DNA from: an uncultured Gammaproteobacteria bacterium
GTDB lineage: Bacteria > Patescibacteriota > Microgenomatia > Levybacterales > UBA12049
Length of the DNA stretch: 64,000 nt
Assembly: GCA_964571255.1 (NCBI GenBank)
Contig: CAZNAA010000001.1
Span: 136,134 to 200,133, forward strand
Direction: 5' to 3'
The notes under the pieces: generated by a model
What the model was told of the DNA's origin: nothing
Seen by the model: the letters and a program-made list of their open reading frames with translations, nothing else
Database searches by the model: none
Part shown: piece by piece, positions 1-9,469 of the stretch
Position numbering within the stretch: the stretch's first letter is position 1
Layout of the letters: each line of letters starts with the position of its first letter
Translations under genes and position numbers: made by a program

Positions 1-1
1 A

Positions 2-700
2 GAAGAAATTAAAAAAGTAGCTAACGAACAAAAAGCAAAATCATCAGCTAGGTTTTTCAAAACCAAAAAAGGACAATATGGAGAAGGAGATACATTTGTT
101 GGAGTAACTGTTCCTGTCTCTCGAGATATTGCAAAACAATTTAGAGATCTACCACTGAATGAGATAAAAGAATTATTGTACTCACCAATTCATGAAGAAC
201 GTCTTATCTCACTTATTATTCTTACGCTTCAAATGAAAAAAGCTTCGGAAAAAAAGAAAAAAGAGCTAGTAGAATTTTATCTATCTCACACGAAACAAAT
301 CAATAACTGGGATTTAGTCGACACTTCAGCACATAAAATAGTAGGGGAGTATCTCTGTACTCATCCTGAAGAAAAAAAGATATTAAAAGTCCTTGCGACA
401 TCCTCTCTTCTTTGGGAGCGGAGAATTGCGATGGTTGCAACTTTTGCTTTTATTTACAAGAAAGAATATAAAGAGGCATTTGAAATTGCGCAAATGCTTC
501 TGGGAGATACAGAAGACCTGATGCACAAAGCAGTTGGATGGATGCTTCGAGAAGTGGGAAAAAGGTGTGGGAAAGAGGTACTAGTTGGATTTTTACATAC
601 TCACTATAAAAGTATGCCACGAACGGCTTTGCGATATGCCATTGAGCATTTTCCAGAAGAGGAAAGAAAAGCGTATTTACTAGGAAAAGTAGAGAACTAA
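2..700 (+). CDS. DNA alkylation repair protein (AlkD-like), 5'-truncated by the window edge
   Basis: Frame is open from base 2 (EEIKKVAN..FFKTKKGQYGEGDTFVGV). It has the family motifs INNWDLVD, LWERRIAMV and HKAVGWMLRE. Confidence 0.85.
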   Translation, partial: EEIKKVANEQKAKSSARFFKTKKGQYGEGDTFVGVTVPVSRDIAKQFRDLPLNEIKELLYSPIHEERLISLIILTLQMKKASEKKKKELVEFYLSHTKQINNWDLVDTSAHKIVGEYLCTHPEEKKILKVLATSSLLWERRIAMVATFAFIYKKEYKEAFEIAQMLLGDTEDLMHKAVGWMLREVGKRCGKEVLVGFLHTHYKSMPRTALRYAIEHFPEEERKAYLLGKVEN

Positions 701-703
701 GAT

Positions 704-1168
704 TTAGGCAATGTCGCTAAAAAGGGAGGCGGGAAAAGATTTCTCTACTGCTTCAATATGATGAGCAAGGGTGTGTGGTTCGAGATAGGTTTCAAAATCT
801 TTTAAATCAACGAGTGCATATTTATCACTCTCTGGATTAAGAACAATTGTTCCTTCAATTTTCACAGGATAGTATCGTGTTTGGTGAATTGCATCTCCAA
901 GACCATAGGTAAACGATACTTCAGTATAGTCTCCCATAGCTACTGTTTTTACCCCTAGTTCTTCCTGAAGTTCTCGATGCATAGTTTCGATATCAGATTC
1001 ACCAGCATCCACTGTTCCATCAGGAATATGCCACACACCAGGTGCAACACGTTTGGTCATACTTCTTTGACATAAAAGGATTTTATGATCAGGAGTGATG
1101 ATAACTCCTGCTACTTCATGTCTTGTTACGGGAGGATGATTGCCTCTTTCATAGGGAACTACTTGCAT
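704..1168 (-). CDS. NUDIX hydrolase
   Basis: Nudix box GTVDAGESDIETMHRELQEELG. Probable start is MQVVPY at 1168. Confidence 0.85.
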   Translation of the reverse strand: MQVVPYERGNHPPVTRHEVAGVIITPDHKILLCQRSMTKRVAPGVWHIPDGTVDAGESDIETMHRELQEELGVKTVAMGDYTEVSFTYGLGDAIHQTRYYPVKIEGTIVLNPESDKYALVDLKDFETYLEPHTLAHHIEAVEKSFPASLFSDIA

Positions 1169-1235
1169 AGAGAAATTATTATAGCAAAAGAAATTACTCA
1201 AAACAATATTATAGGGTTAGAAGAAGAGAAAGGCT

Positions 1236-1323
1236 TGGCGGAGGGGGGGGGATTCGAACCCCCGGATTCTTGCGAATCGATTGTTTAGTAAACAATTGCA
1301 CTCGACCACTATGCGACCCCTCC
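1236..1323 (-). tRNA. tRNA-Ser, anticodon ACT, CCA encoded
   Basis: Minus strand reads GGAGGGG..AGTGG..ATTGT-TTACTAA-ACAAT, then a long variable arm GATTC-GCAA-GAATC, the T-loop GGTTCGAATCC and CCCCTCC-G-CCA. G73 plus a long variable arm gives Ser identity. Confidence 0.92.
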
Positions 1324-1369
1324 GTGCTACAATACCTATTATAACTTTTTGTAGCTAAAAAGACCAGAT

Positions 1370-1774
1370 ATGAGTGAGAATAATACTATCTTTACGGTAG
1401 GGCTCAAAGCCTTTATAGAACATGAAGGAAAACTTCTCGTTTTATGGAGTAATGAGTATGGGATTGATTTTCCAGGAGGACGAATAAAAGATGGGGAGGA
1501 TAATTTAGAGAAGTCGTTGCAAAGAGAAGTAAAAGAAGAAACAGGATTGTTAGTTGAAGTTGGAGAACCTCTCATTAGTTGGATATTTACCCAACCTTCA
1601 GGACATAAGATTTTTAGCGTAGGGTATAAATGTAGCGCAACATCGCAAAAGGTAATACTTAGTCAGGAACATGAAAAATATTATTGGGTAGATAGGAAAA
1701 GTTATAAAAAGCTTTTAAAAAAAATTCTATTTGATATTGATACAGTAGTACTGAAAAAATATTTTAATGAGTAA
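1370..1774 (+). CDS. NUDIX hydrolase
   Basis: FPGGRIKDGEDNLEKSLQREVKEETGL Nudix box. Confidence 0.88.
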   Translation: MSENNTIFTVGLKAFIEHEGKLLVLWSNEYGIDFPGGRIKDGEDNLEKSLQREVKEETGLLVEVGEPLISWIFTQPSGHKIFSVGYKCSATSQKVILSQEHEKYYWVDRKSYKKLLKKILFDIDTVVLKKYFNE

Positions 1775-2105
1775 ATCAGGTTTTGTCACGTATATTCTTG
1801 AAGAAGTCCTGGGAGAGCTTCCGGGAATTACATCCCGTGCTATGTTTGGAGGATATGGAATCTATAAGGACGGAGTAATTACTGGACTTATTGCCGATGA
1901 TAGGTTTTATCTTAAGGTAGGGGAGAGAAATAAAATGGATTATGAGGAGAAGGGAAGTACTCCTTTTACTTACTCAGGAAAGAATGGAAAGGTATATACA
2001 ATGAGTTACTGGGAAGTTCCCTATGATATAATTGAGGACAAGAGAGAATTAAAAGAGTGGGTTGAGAAGGCATACAGAGTCAATATTGACTCGAAGAAAA
2101 AGTAA
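1767..2105 (+). CDS. TfoX/Sxy N-terminal domain protein
   Basis: RAMFGGYGIY..GLIADDRFYLKV..MSYWEVP motifs. Confidence 0.85.
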   Translation: MSKSGFVTYILEEVLGELPGITSRAMFGGYGIYKDGVITGLIADDRFYLKVGERNKMDYEEKGSTPFTYSGKNGKVYTMSYWEVPYDIIEDKRELKEWVEKAYRVNIDSKKK

Positions 2106-2121
2106 GGATCATACTATACCT

Positions 2122-2754
2122 ATGACTGAGGAATTATTACGCTATATCTCCCAAGCCAAAGCAAAAGGAGTAAAAGAGGAAGAAATTAAAAACAAGCTTG
2201 TAGCTCTAGGGTGGGAAGAAAAAATAGTAACAAATATTCTTAACGCATCAGAGAATGATCTTACTCCACCAGCTCCTCCATTAAATGGGAAAGCAATTTG
2301 GGATGCTTTTGAACATATCTTACTTTTTATCTCACTCATTTTAGTTTGTGTCTCATTTATGAACCTTTTCCATGCTTTTGTTGATGGAATTTTCCCTGCA
2401 GTCCAGACAGATCGATTTATTAGAAGCGATTCCTGGAACCATACCCGTCTTACGATTTTTGGAGCAATTTTAATTGTTTCTTTCCCTTTATTTATTGGTC
2501 TTTTTATCGATATCAAAAGACGCACTCTGAGACTTCCTTTTCTTGCAGAGCTTAAAGCAAGAAGAGTATTGACCTATCTCACTCTCATTATTGCCTTTAT
2601 TGTCATGATGTATAACGCCATTTATCTTGTGTATAACTTCTTAGATGGAAATGTAACTACGAACTTTTTGATTAACTTTGCCATAACGATAGGTATTTTT
2701 GGAACTGTATTCTTTTACTATTTGTCCCAAGTCAAATCAGATAGAGTGAAATAA
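2122..2754 (+). CDS. Membrane protein (DUF5671-like), 4 TM
   Basis: Four hydrophobic helices and a YLTLIIA..YNFLDG pattern. ATG at 2122. Confidence 0.65.
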   Translation: MTEELLRYISQAKAKGVKEEEIKNKLVALGWEEKIVTNILNASENDLTPPAPPLNGKAIWDAFEHILLFISLILVCVSFMNLFHAFVDGIFPAVQTDRFIRSDSWNHTRLTIFGAILIVSFPLFIGLFIDIKRRTLRLPFLAELKARRVLTYLTLIIAFIVMMYNAIYLVYNFLDGNVTTNFLINFAITIGIFGTVFFYYLSQVKSDRVK

Positions 2755-2758
2755 ATCT

Positions 2759-3598
2759 ATGCGAAATACTTATCTTGCACTCCTTTTACTGACTCTTATT
2801 GCTATTGCCACTATTTGTGGAGTATTTATCAAAAACGGACTTCCAATCTCCAGACAAGCTTTGGCGCTGGATAATACGCGAATTCAAGACTTTAGCACAA
2901 TTTCTTATGCAATTGAATCGTACTACTCACAAAATGGAAAGTTACCTGAAAAGTTAAGTGAGGTAAGTTTAACTGGTCCGTATAATGACATTAAAGATCC
3001 TCAATCAAAAGAACCATATGGCTATATTGTCAGAGGAGAGAAGGAATATCAACTTTGTACGACCTTTTCTACAAGCTATGAAGAAGCAAAGAAATATGAC
3101 TCAACTATAAGTTATTCTTTTCCTTCTTCCCAATCACAGAAAGATTTTAAGTATAAAAAAGGGTATTCCTGTATTACCTATATGATCCCATCAACTGTTT
3201 ATCCTTATAACTCGACTCCTGTCTGGACTTCCCCAGCTAGTACGCCAACTCCTACAAAACCTCTCTCAAAAATTACTTCCCCAGCCAAAAACGACGTATT
3301 GTGTGTTGAAGACAATAGGAGATTAATGTGGTTTGCAACAGGAAAGGGGGATCACAAGATAAATATCACGCTTCTTTCTCCATCAAATGTCGCTTACGCA
3401 ATAGCTGAAGTAAATATTCCCCATGAGAACGAGGAAGAAATGATGGATGAGTATACTTGGCAACTTCCGGATACGATGAACAAGTTAAAACTGAATCCTG
3501 AAAAAGGATTTAAAATAACTATTGCCGGAACAAATAATGGGAAAACTTATGCCTATACAAGTGAACCTTTTGAAATTAAAGATTGTTATACCTATTAA
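2759..3598 (+). CDS. Membrane-anchored protein with pseudopilin-like N-terminal half and Ig-like C-terminus
   Basis: N-terminal TM, then DNTRIQDF..IESYY..GKLPEKL..DPQSKEPYGY..YQLCTTF, a Ser/Thr/Pro linker and a beta-rich C-terminus. Confidence 0.55.
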   Translation: MRNTYLALLLLTLIAIATICGVFIKNGLPISRQALALDNTRIQDFSTISYAIESYYSQNGKLPEKLSEVSLTGPYNDIKDPQSKEPYGYIVRGEKEYQLCTTFSTSYEEAKKYDSTISYSFPSSQSQKDFKYKKGYSCITYMIPSTVYPYNSTPVWTSPASTPTPTKPLSKITSPAKNDVLCVEDNRRLMWFATGKGDHKINITLLSPSNVAYAIAEVNIPHENEEEMMDEYTWQLPDTMNKLKLNPEKGFKITIAGTNNGKTYAYTSEPFEIKDCYTY

Positions 3599-3637
3599 TT
3601 TTTCCTTTCTCTCTACTTTTTGGTAAAATAAGCTACG

Positions 3638-4594
3638 ATGAAACCTGAATACACTATTATTCTTTTTTATAACTATATATCAATTGAGAATCCTGAAAGA
3701 TTCTGTAAAGATCAAAAAACTCTCGCACAGAAGCTAAACCTTACGGGAAGAGTTATTATTGCCTCAGAAGGAATCAATGCAACCTTTGAAGGAAAAACAG
3801 CAGATATTGAAATATATGTAAAATCCCTTCTCTCTCTTCCTGGATTTGAAAAAGTTCATATCAAAAGAAGTAAGGGGGTAGGAAATGCCTTTCCAAAACT
3901 TTCCATAAAAGTCAGATCTGAAATTGTCTCAACTCATTTATCAGAGGATGAGAATATAAATCCAACCAAAGTAACAGGAAAATATATTACTGCAGAGGAG
4001 CTTCACTCCTGGCTCCATCCCCGAAAAGGTGAGAGTAAAGAATTCTATATTATCGATATGAGAAATGACTATGAGCAAGAAGTAGGACATTTTGAAGGAT
4101 CAGTGTTTTCAGGAATGAAGAATTTTTATGATATCAAAGATACTCCTAAGCAAGTAGCACACCTAAAAGACAAGACAGTCGTTACTGTTTGTACTGGAGG
4201 AATTCGTTGTGAGAAAGCTTCAGGATTTTTAGTAAAACATGGATTTTCTGATGTCTATCAGCTGTATGGAGGAATTGTTACGTATATGGAAAAATATCCA
4301 GGGGAAGATTTTTTAGGAGCCTTATATGTATTTGATAATAGACTGGTTATGGGTTTTAACATGGATGATCCTAAAAGAAAGATTATTGGAAAATGTGCTC
4401 AGTGTTTAACTCCTTGTGAGAACTTTATTAACTGCTCAGATAACTTTTGTCACAGACATTTTATTGTATGTAAAGACTGCTTAGAGGAAAAAGAAAGTAT
4501 GCTTTGTCCTATGGGGTGTTTAGATTATTCTCAAGATGTACCGTATCTAAGATGGAAAGAGTCTCAAGAAAAAAAACAAATTCTTTCTTTATAA
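3638..4594 (+). CDS. trhO: Rhodanese-domain protein, TrhO/YceA family (tRNA U34 hydroxylase)
   Basis: GRVIIASEGINAT, IDMRNDYE..GHF, CTGGIRCEK, YQLYGGIVTY, YVFDNR and a C-terminal Cys cluster. Confidence 0.85.
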   Translation: MKPEYTIILFYNYISIENPERFCKDQKTLAQKLNLTGRVIIASEGINATFEGKTADIEIYVKSLLSLPGFEKVHIKRSKGVGNAFPKLSIKVRSEIVSTHLSEDENINPTKVTGKYITAEELHSWLHPRKGESKEFYIIDMRNDYEQEVGHFEGSVFSGMKNFYDIKDTPKQVAHLKDKTVVTVCTGGIRCEKASGFLVKHGFSDVYQLYGGIVTYMEKYPGEDFLGALYVFDNRLVMGFNMDDPKRKIIGKCAQCLTPCENFINCSDNFCHRHFIVCKDCLEEKESMLCPMGCLDYSQDVPYLRWKESQEKKQILSL

Positions 4595-4972
4595 GGTAGA
4601 GAGTAGTTGATCTAACTCCTTAAAATCTTCATTTAACTGTTCTGCCTCAACAATCACAGGTACTGAGGTTGAACTGACCTCATTGGCAGTTGCTACCGTT
4701 TGGGCACTAGCTCCTGCTGTTGGAGTGACATTAGTTTGCAGAGTAACTGGAGTAGTACTAGTTGGCTTCATTTGTGTTGAGAGATAATACCATGCTCCTC
4801 CTCCTGTGAGGCTTAGAACAAGCATAGTGACAAAGAAAATCCCAAAGATAGTTCCAAGATGACTTTTTGGTTCCGGAGGAAAGATAGGGGCTTGTTGTTC
4901 AACTGGAGCTTCAGTTACTGGTGTAGCTGGTTGTAGTTGTTCTGTTGGTGTTTGTTGTGTGTTTGGATCCAT
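4589..4972 (-). CDS. Hypothetical single-TM protein
   Basis: Pro/Gln-rich N-terminus, one TM and a Thr-rich tail. Confidence 0.7.
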   Translation of the reverse strand: MDPNTQQTPTEQLQPATPVTEAPVEQQAPIFPPEPKSHLGTIFGIFFVTMLVLSLTGGGAWYYLSTQMKPTSTTPVTLQTNVTPTAGASAQTVATANEVSSTSVPVIVEAEQLNEDFKELDQLLSTL

Positions 4973-4977
4973 ATTAT

Positions 4978-5739
4978 TTATTGTGCACTTTCAGATGCAG
5001 TTGGAACTTCTCGTGATTCTCTTAATTTTTCTAATTCCTGTGCAGCTAGTTTTATACTGTCACGTGCTGCTTTTACTTTTTCTTGTGTAGATTTAAGATC
5101 TGTTTGTAACTGTTTTACAACAGTACTAAAGGAAGATTTTAGCCTGGCTTCGGTAGTAACTGTTGCTACATATTCTTTTCCAGCTTGGGTAGTAATTGCA
5201 GCCTCAGCACTAGCTAGAGCAGTCTGAGCATTTTGAATAGCGGTATCAAGAACAGTCGTATCTTGTCCTGCTGCTTCTGCTTTATCTGCAAGCTCAATAA
5301 TTTTTGTTAAAAAAGTGCTTAGTTTCTCTATAGATTCAGACATTCTGTCTGTTTGATTTTTATTGATGGCTGCTAAGCGTGTATCTAAATTTTCTGCAGC
5401 CATTTTTTTCTTTTCATCCTTTACTAGTTCTAATTTGTTTTTTAATTCTTCTCGTTTCTTATCCATTTCCTCTTTAATTTCTTCTCTTTTTTCCTCAATC
5501 ATTTCCTTCAATTCTTTTCTTCGTGTTTCTATATTTGTTTTTATCTCTTCTCTTTTTTCTAGTCGTTCTTTGATAATTGTAGGTCTGAGAAGCTTACTGG
5601 TTGGTTTCTCAATTGGTTTTAATTCTCGAAGTTCATCCTCATATACAGGATCAGTTGTGGTTGTATTAGTCTCTAGTGCAGAAACAGGAGAATAGGAGAG
5701 GAGAAAGACAACAAGAAGAGCAATACCGGTTTGTTTCAT
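4978..5739 (-). CDS. Secreted coiled-coil hypothetical protein
   Basis: Signal peptide (MKQTGIALL..VSA) followed by a long Glu/Lys-rich helical region. Confidence 0.7.
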   Translation of the reverse strand: MKQTGIALLVVFLLSYSPVSALETNTTTTDPVYEDELRELKPIEKPTSKLLRPTIIKERLEKREEIKTNIETRRKELKEMIEEKREEIKEEMDKKREELKNKLELVKDEKKKMAAENLDTRLAAINKNQTDRMSESIEKLSTFLTKIIELADKAEAAGQDTTVLDTAIQNAQTALASAEAAITTQAGKEYVATVTTEARLKSSFSTVVKQLQTDLKSTQEKVKAARDSIKLAAQELEKLRESREVPTASESAQ

Positions 5740-5798
5740 CTCTTTTAGAGTAGAATCATTTTTTTGTATTGTCAAGTATAGGGGAGTATAATAGGAGT

Positions 5799-6200
5799 AT
5801 GTCTGATGCTAAAAACAAACCTCAGGATTATTGGAAAGAAAAATTAGATGAAGAGCAATTTCGAGTTCTCAGATGTAGTGCAACCGAGGCTCCGTTTAGT
5901 GGGAAATATTGGAATAATCACGAGACAGGAATGTATCAATGTGCTGCATGTGGACAAGAATTATTTTCATCAGATGCAAAGTTTGAATCCGGAACAGGCT
6001 GGCCAAGTTTTGATGATACCGTGAACAAATCCCACATTGAACTAAAAGAAGACGATGCGTATGGTATGAATAGAACTGAAGTGGTATGTAGTAACTGTGG
6101 ATCTCACCTAGGTCATTTATTTACTGATGGTCCAGCTCATACCACAGGACTTCGCTATTGTATTAATTCTGCCTCATTGGACTTTAAAAAGAAAGAATAA
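5799..6200 (+). CDS. msrB: Peptide-methionine (R)-S-oxide reductase
   Basis: TEAPFSG, CAAC, KFESGTGWPSF, CSNCGSHLGHLF, RYCINS. Confidence 0.95.
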   Translation: MSDAKNKPQDYWKEKLDEEQFRVLRCSATEAPFSGKYWNNHETGMYQCAACGQELFSSDAKFESGTGWPSFDDTVNKSHIELKEDDAYGMNRTEVVCSNCGSHLGHLFTDGPAHTTGLRYCINSASLDFKKKE

Positions 6201-6247
6201 TTTCCTCTACTCTACATTTTTCCAAGAAGTTGTTATAGTACAAATAT

Positions 6248-7123
6248 ATGGATATTTCTCAAGCGTCAACATATGCGCATCTTTCAGCTAAATGGGTTGA
6301 TAAGCATAGAAAAAGATCTGAAAGAGTTCTTAGAAAACATAAAGAGACTATTGATAAAGTTTCTCATCAGGCAAAAAAAACATTGGTAGGAAGTGGTGCA
6401 GGACTTCTTCTTTTGGCAACTCCTGCTCAACCTCTTACTTTCCCTGATCTTCCTAAAATAGAAAAAGAAGTGTTTGTCGAAAGGAAAAGTTTTTTTATCA
6501 ATGATTTGAGAAGTGTATTGCCTGAGCAGATGCGTCCTTTGACCTCTGAGGAAGAGGAAAAGATTGAAGGAATTTTAAAACAATATACAGGAGTAAGTGT
6601 AAAAACAGAATTGGAAGGGAAGAAATTGAATAGAACGTACGGGCTCATTGGAGCAGAGCAACATCTGGCTAGATACCCAGGAGATACTATGGCAAGTCAT
6701 TTTGATTCAGCAGAAGATTCACAAAAATACTACAGTTCAGGAATGGCACCAGGGCTTGGAGCGTATGGATACTTTGCGTATAGTAAATATGAGTTTACGC
6801 AGGAGGATAACCTACGGGAAAAATATTATATTGCTGTACAAACTTTTTTATCAGAAGACTTTTCTACTCGATTCAGAGAATATATGGAGTTTTATAAGTA
6901 TCGAAAAATGCTTTTGGTAAACCCTGATAATGGAAAATCTATGGTTGTTGATATTGCTGATTCTGGTCCTGCTGCTTGGACTGGAAAGCATCTAGGAGGT
7001 GCTCCTGAAGTAATGAAGTATCTGGAGCGAGTAGATGGGAAGCAAAGAGGAGCAGTACTGTATTTTTTTATCTCTCCAGAAAATGAAACAATTCCTTTAG
7101 GACCACTGGAGTTGGTAGAATAA
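6248..7123 (+). CDS. Hypothetical protein with possible C-terminal RlpA-like double-psi barrel
   Basis: LVNPDNGKSMVVDIADSGP resembles the RlpA pattern VTNxxNGKSVVVxVNDRGP. Confidence 0.5.
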   Translation: MDISQASTYAHLSAKWVDKHRKRSERVLRKHKETIDKVSHQAKKTLVGSGAGLLLLATPAQPLTFPDLPKIEKEVFVERKSFFINDLRSVLPEQMRPLTSEEEEKIEGILKQYTGVSVKTELEGKKLNRTYGLIGAEQHLARYPGDTMASHFDSAEDSQKYYSSGMAPGLGAYGYFAYSKYEFTQEDNLREKYYIAVQTFLSEDFSTRFREYMEFYKYRKMLLVNPDNGKSMVVDIADSGPAAWTGKHLGGAPEVMKYLERVDGKQRGAVLYFFISPENETIPLGPLELVE

Positions 7124-7127
7124 TTAT

Positions 7128-7460
7128 ATGAAAAGGAAACAAAAACATTTTTATAGTCACATTGTAGAAACGGATACACTTATTTTTGAGTTGAACAAGC
7201 TTGATTTATCACAAAGTGAAAAGCATCATTTGATTGAGTTGATTGATTCAAATCTTCACCATGCTATCTTAGAAGAAATTCTAACCCATTTAGATGATGA
7301 GGAAAAAATAACCTTTCTTGAGCATATTGCAGAGGGAAAATATAATGATATTTGGCAGCTTCTTGAGAAACGAATTGATGGAGTAGAGTCAAAAATTGAA
7401 ATGATTGCTGAGGAAGTAAAGAAAGAACTACAAGAAGATATTGATGAGATAAAGAAATAA
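7128..7460 (+). CDS. Hypothetical acidic helical protein
   Basis: Intact 110-aa ORF directly after the upstream gene. Confidence 0.7.
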   Translation: MKRKQKHFYSHIVETDTLIFELNKLDLSQSEKHHLIELIDSNLHHAILEEILTHLDDEEKITFLEHIAEGKYNDIWQLLEKRIDGVESKIEMIAEEVKKELQEDIDEIKK

Positions 7461-7523
7461 CTTCGTACGTGGAAATAAGAAAGAGATAGCTCACTAAGCG
7501 AAGGATAGTTATCCGCTATACTA

Positions 7524-8645
7524 ATGAGTATGGATAAAAATCTCCCCGAAACACCTTCTGAATCTTCATCAATATCTCTTTTAGAGAGAAAGAAAAGAAG
7601 AGTACTGATTATTTCTCTTTGTATTCTCGTTGGTATTCTAGGAATATTGTTTCTGAGAAATAATAACTCTTATCTTTCACCTTCGCAAACGACTCAAGTA
7701 AGTCAAGAAGGTAGTCTTTTATCTACTCCTTTTCTTTTTCAAGAAATGACGATTCCGTATTTAAGAACTAAAATATATGAGAGTTCTTTAGGAGAGGTAA
7801 CTCCTGTAGATACTCTTGGAGAGTATACCTCCTATCTTACCTCATACGTTTCTGATAGATTTAAAATAAATGGATTACTAACAAAACCTAGTGGAGAGAA
7901 ACCAAATGGGGGCTGGCCAGCAGTTATTTTTGTTCATGGATACCTTCCTCCAAGTAGCTATCAAACAATAGGGCAAGCATACTCTGCATACGTGGATTAC
8001 TTAGCGAGAAATGGATTTGTTATTTTTAAAATTGACTTGAGAGGACATGGAGACTCTGAAGGAGAACCTGGGGGATCTTATTATTCAGGAGACTATATTG
8101 TTGATGTATTGAATGCGTACAGTGCTTTGCAGAATACTGAGTTTGTGAAAAAAGATGGAATTGGAGTATGGGGACATAGTATGGCTGGGAATGTACTTCT
8201 TAGAACAGTAGTTACTAAACCTGAAATCCCAGCTGTGGTTGTCTGGGGAGGTGCTGTATATACCTATACTGATATGAGAGAGTATGGAATTCAAGATTCT
8301 AGTTATCAGCCACTACCAACTAACTCAAGCAGAACGAATAGAAGGCAGCAACTTTTCAATACCTATGGACAAGTAGATCCTGAAAGTGAATTCTGGAAAC
8401 AGGTTATTCCTATCAACTATTTATCAGATTACAAAGGAGCAATTCAGCTGCACCACGCCGTTGATGATAATGTCGTAAGTGTTGAGTACAGTAGGGGGTT
8501 AGTGAAGTATCTTGAGAAGAATAATGTGGTGCATGAATTATTTGTGTATCCTACTGGAGGACATAATATTAGTGGAGATAGTTTTACTCAGGCAATGGAG
8601 CGCACTGTGACATTTTTTAGAGAAAAACTACTTGCAAAGGAGTAA
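7524..8645 (+). CDS. Membrane-anchored alpha/beta hydrolase (S9-like peptidase)
   Basis: VHGY, DLRGHG, nucleophile elbow GHSMAG, Asp in HAVDDNVV, His in GGHN. Confidence 0.88.
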   Translation: MSMDKNLPETPSESSSISLLERKKRRVLIISLCILVGILGILFLRNNNSYLSPSQTTQVSQEGSLLSTPFLFQEMTIPYLRTKIYESSLGEVTPVDTLGEYTSYLTSYVSDRFKINGLLTKPSGEKPNGGWPAVIFVHGYLPPSSYQTIGQAYSAYVDYLARNGFVIFKIDLRGHGDSEGEPGGSYYSGDYIVDVLNAYSALQNTEFVKKDGIGVWGHSMAGNVLLRTVVTKPEIPAVVVWGGAVYTYTDMREYGIQDSSYQPLPTNSSRTNRRQQLFNTYGQVDPESEFWKQVIPINYLSDYKGAIQLHHAVDDNVVSVEYSRGLVKYLEKNNVVHELFVYPTGGHNISGDSFTQAMERTVTFFREKLLAKE

Positions 8646-8666
8646 TAAGGGGGTATAATACAGGAA

Positions 8667-9296
8667 ATGAATAGAAACCTTCTTATTGCACTAGCTGTTC
8701 TTATTCTTCTCATTATTGGAGGAGGATATCTTTTCTTGAGTTCTAATAAACAACCCTCCTCTATTGGAGAAGCTCAAGACAAAATGATGGGAAAAAGTGG
8801 GGAAGTGACATCTTTAAAGAACCTTTTGAACTCAAAAAATAATCAACAGTGTACCTTTAGTGATTCTGAGGCACAAACGAGTGGAACTATGTATATCTCA
8901 GGAGGAAAAGCTCGAGGAGATTTCTCATCTGTTGTTGATGGTAAAACAGTTGCTTCTTCCATGCTTTCAACGGGACAAGAGATATACATCTGGATGGACA
9001 ATTCTCCCACAGGATTTAAAACATCCCTAGATGCTATTGAACAAGCACAATCTCAAATGCCCCAGTCTGTAGATATTAATAAAGAATCTTCTTATACTTG
9101 TTCTCCCTGGTCTCCAGTGGATTCATACTTTACTCCTCCTAGCTCAATTACCTTTACAGACTATTCAAGTATGTTTAAAAATGCAGGAAATGCCTCAGGT
9201 GCTCCAGTGATTGATAAAGCTACTATGTGTGCTGGATGTGATAACCTTACTGATGATGCTCGAACAGAATGTCGTACTACGCTTCAGTGTAACTAA
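8667..9296 (+). CDS. Hypothetical exported protein
   Basis: N-terminal TM, beta-rich body and a Cys-containing C-terminus. Confidence 0.7.
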   Translation: MNRNLLIALAVLILLIIGGGYLFLSSNKQPSSIGEAQDKMMGKSGEVTSLKNLLNSKNNQQCTFSDSEAQTSGTMYISGGKARGDFSSVVDGKTVASSMLSTGQEIYIWMDNSPTGFKTSLDAIEQAQSQMPQSVDINKESSYTCSPWSPVDSYFTPPSSITFTDYSSMFKNAGNASGAPVIDKATMCAGCDNLTDDARTECRTTLQCN

Positions 9297-9469
9297 CCTT
9301 TTTTATCTGCATATTTCATAAACTTTTTTAGTTTTTCTTCTCTTGTATTTAAGAATACTAACCTTATTATGCGAGAATAAAAGAGCCTATCTTTGGCTAA
9401 GTATATATAAAAAGTGAGTATGATTACCTTGGTAGAATTCTACTATTCTAATATGTAATACTAAATGAT

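Noticed and set aside
1243-1251. Poly-G tract as a phase-variation site, and ORF 1085-1288
   Set aside because: The G run is the T-stem/acceptor stem of tRNA-Ser. The ORF is a shadow frame over the tRNA and the NUDIX gene.
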